From assembly GCF_001194135.2 (NCBI RefSeq), contig NC_069004.1, positions 24,149,429 to 24,187,226 on the forward strand: a stretch of DNA of 37,798 bases. The letters run 5' to 3'. Source of the DNA: Octopus bimaculoides (lineage: Eukaryota). The notes under the pieces were generated by a model. The model was given only the letters and a program-made list of their open reading frames with translations. It did no database searches and was not told the origin of the DNA. This document shows positions 35,650-37,798 of this stretch, in pieces (the first letter of the stretch is position 1; every line of letters starts with the position of its first letter). Position numbers and translations under genes: made by a program.

Positions 35650-35860
35650 TGATACATCGGACAGGTAAAATGTGGAGACTCTTGAAAGTCTTGAATATCG
35701 AGTCTCTTCAGAAGATCCATCTGGTGCGTAGAAATCTTTCATCGAACCATTACAAGAAAACATGGAATCTGTATAATTCAGACATCGACAGAAATGGCTT
35801 GGACATACTCTACGGTTAGCTACACCATGGTAGTTGCTTGACTGGCGGACCAAAGAGAAA
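35650..35860 (+). pseudogene. Possible RTE-clade LINE ORF C-terminal remnant
   Basis: SLQKIHLV...SSN, then frameshifted FRHRQKWLGHTLRLA...LLDWRTK. Resembles the RTE C-terminal LRRILxIxW...RRxRWLGHxLR pattern. Confidence 0.5.
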
Positions 35861-36174
35861 GAGAGAAAGAAAGAGATAGGGAAACAGAGAGAGAGAGAGA
35901 GAGAGAGAGGGAAAGAGTGAGAGGGAGGGAGAGAGGGAAAGGAAGAGAAAGCGAGAGTGTGTGTAGGCGGTGTTGAAGTTATTAAATAAAGCAGTCAATT
36001 TATAGGCCTGGAACCAATTTTCTATTTAATTGTTTAACTGTTTTGCCTATTTAACCGGGTGAGATCTGACCCGTATCGACAAACTTAGTCAAGCTGAACA
36101 AAACAAGAAATCAAAAAATGCACAGTCAGCGACAAAAATAACAGCCATAATGCATTTATTACTTAACGCACCTA

Positions 36175-36218
<44 letters not shown>

Positions 36219-36600
36219 ACAACAACAACAACAACAACAAAAGCATCAACAGTATCAACATCAACATCAGTAGCATAAGTATCATCATTATCAGCAGCAA
36301 CAATAATGACTATAAGAGAAACAATAATTGAAGGATATATTATGTAATCACTGTATTTTGTTTGGAGATATTGGTTTACTGTCCGTACTTCTTGAAATGC
36401 TGTATGTATGTACGTACGCATTTATGTATGTATGTACGTTAATGATATAAATTTACGAAAATTAATGAGCCTAACAAAATGTATTTTCTTGGATCATCTA
36501 TATACATACATACAGGCATACATACACTCATATATATACATACATTCATACACACATATATATATATGTATATATACATGCATACATACAAATATATGTG

Positions 36601-36648
<48 letters not shown>

Positions 36649-36650
<2 letters not shown>

Positions 36651-36850
36651 CGCAGGCGTGGGCGTATGATAAGAAGCTTGCTTCCCAAACACAGGGTTCC
36701 GGGTTCAGTCCACTACGTGGAACCTTGGGTAAGTGTTTTCTACTATAGCCTCAGGCCGACCAAAGACTTGTGATTGAATTTGGTAGACGGAAGCTGAAAC
36801 AAAACCGTCGTGTGTGTGTGTATGTGTGTGTGTATGTGTGTGTGTGTGTG

Positions 36851-36888
<38 letters not shown>

Positions 36889-37152
36889 TGTCTGTCTGTA
36901 TATGTATATGCCTGTGTGTGTCTGTCTGTATATGTATATGTCTGTGTGTGTCTTTGTGCTTGTGTTTACCCCACCACCGCTTGGCAACCAGTTGTTTACG
37001 TGTCCGTAACATAACAGTTCGGCAAAAGAGTTCGATAGAATGAGTACGAGGCTTCAAGCAAAAGAAGTACTTGGGACGAATCGTTCGATTATAACTCTTG
37101 AAGGCAGAGCTCCAGCATGGCTGCAGTCTAATGACTGAAACAACTAAAAGAT
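36649..37152 (+). mobile_element. SINE family A, full-length copy with expanded internal microsatellite
   Basis: ggcgcaggcgtgg...ggttccgggttcagtcc...ccttgggtaagtg...ctccagcatggctgcagtctaatgactgaaacaa. Confidence 0.92.
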
Positions 37153-37757
37153 TATATATATATATATATATATAATTACCGTGGGCAATAAAGTGCTCTG
37201 CTCATTTTGTGTATTCTTAAACTTGTCTTTCTGTTGGAGACACGATACTATAACTGCTGTGCCGATGACGTCTGTTGAATCAGAAACACTTCTCCACGGA
37301 TAATGAAAATATCTCTTCCATAATGATTCATCGATTTTTGGAGACTTCAGTTACTTTGTTCTAGTCTATTTTGATAATATTGATATCATGCATACTCCTG
37401 TAGCTTCACTTCGATTGATATTTTGGCAATCTGTTCTTACAAGTTGTCTAAAAATGTGACGAAAGAAGCAAATATTAACATTAGAAATTACATCATAATC
37501 CAGACTTTGGTTCCAGAATTGGCGTTTGTTAGATAAATTTCTTCAGCTAGACTACAGGTCTAAATGTTTAGCACTCAACCTGCTTGCGCAAGTATACTTG
37601 TGCACGTAAATGTATCTGTACATATTTACGTGTGAGTGTATGTATATGTTTATAGGCATGTGTGTGTATACTTTATAAAAGCTGCAAAGACATCACAAAA
37701 ACTGCATTCGAGTGCTAGCTTTTTTTCACCTTGCTTCATATTTATGTGCTTTACTCT

Positions 37758-37798
<41 letters not shown>

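Overview
AT-rich, microsatellite-dense eukaryotic DNA from a draft assembly, with 11 N-gaps totalling about 4.5 kb. I see no supportable host protein-coding exon; nearly all long ORFs in the track are translated microsatellites, N-runs or tandem repeats. The dominant repeat is a ~400-bp tRNA-derived SINE with an internal (TA)n/(TG)n tract (about 15 copies). I recall it as the abundant Octopus SINE, so the window is probably Octopus intronic or intergenic DNA; that assignment is recollection, not a database result. Also present: a second tRNA-SINE family (about 6 pieces) and one copy of a third. There are three decayed IS630-Tc1-mariner DNA transposons: Tigger/pogo-like 3.7-4.8 kb, Tc1 23.5-24.3 kb and an internally deleted maT/DD37D-like element 27.3-28.2 kb. 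Penelope-like element (PLE) remnants include two GIY-YIG endonuclease fragments and one RT C-terminal fragment, and there is an RTE-like LINE remnant. Structures the catalogue does not explain: (1) a ~700-bp cassette (17 x 30-bp array plus a structured GC-rich segment, with terminal redundancy) inserted into a SINE; (2) a ~0.9-kb rearranged inverted repeat at 26.2-27.0 kb; (3) three hammerhead-ribozyme-like motifs; (4) three pairs of diverged local direct repeats; (5) several isolated hairpins. None is demonstrably a new biological system; they are candidates.
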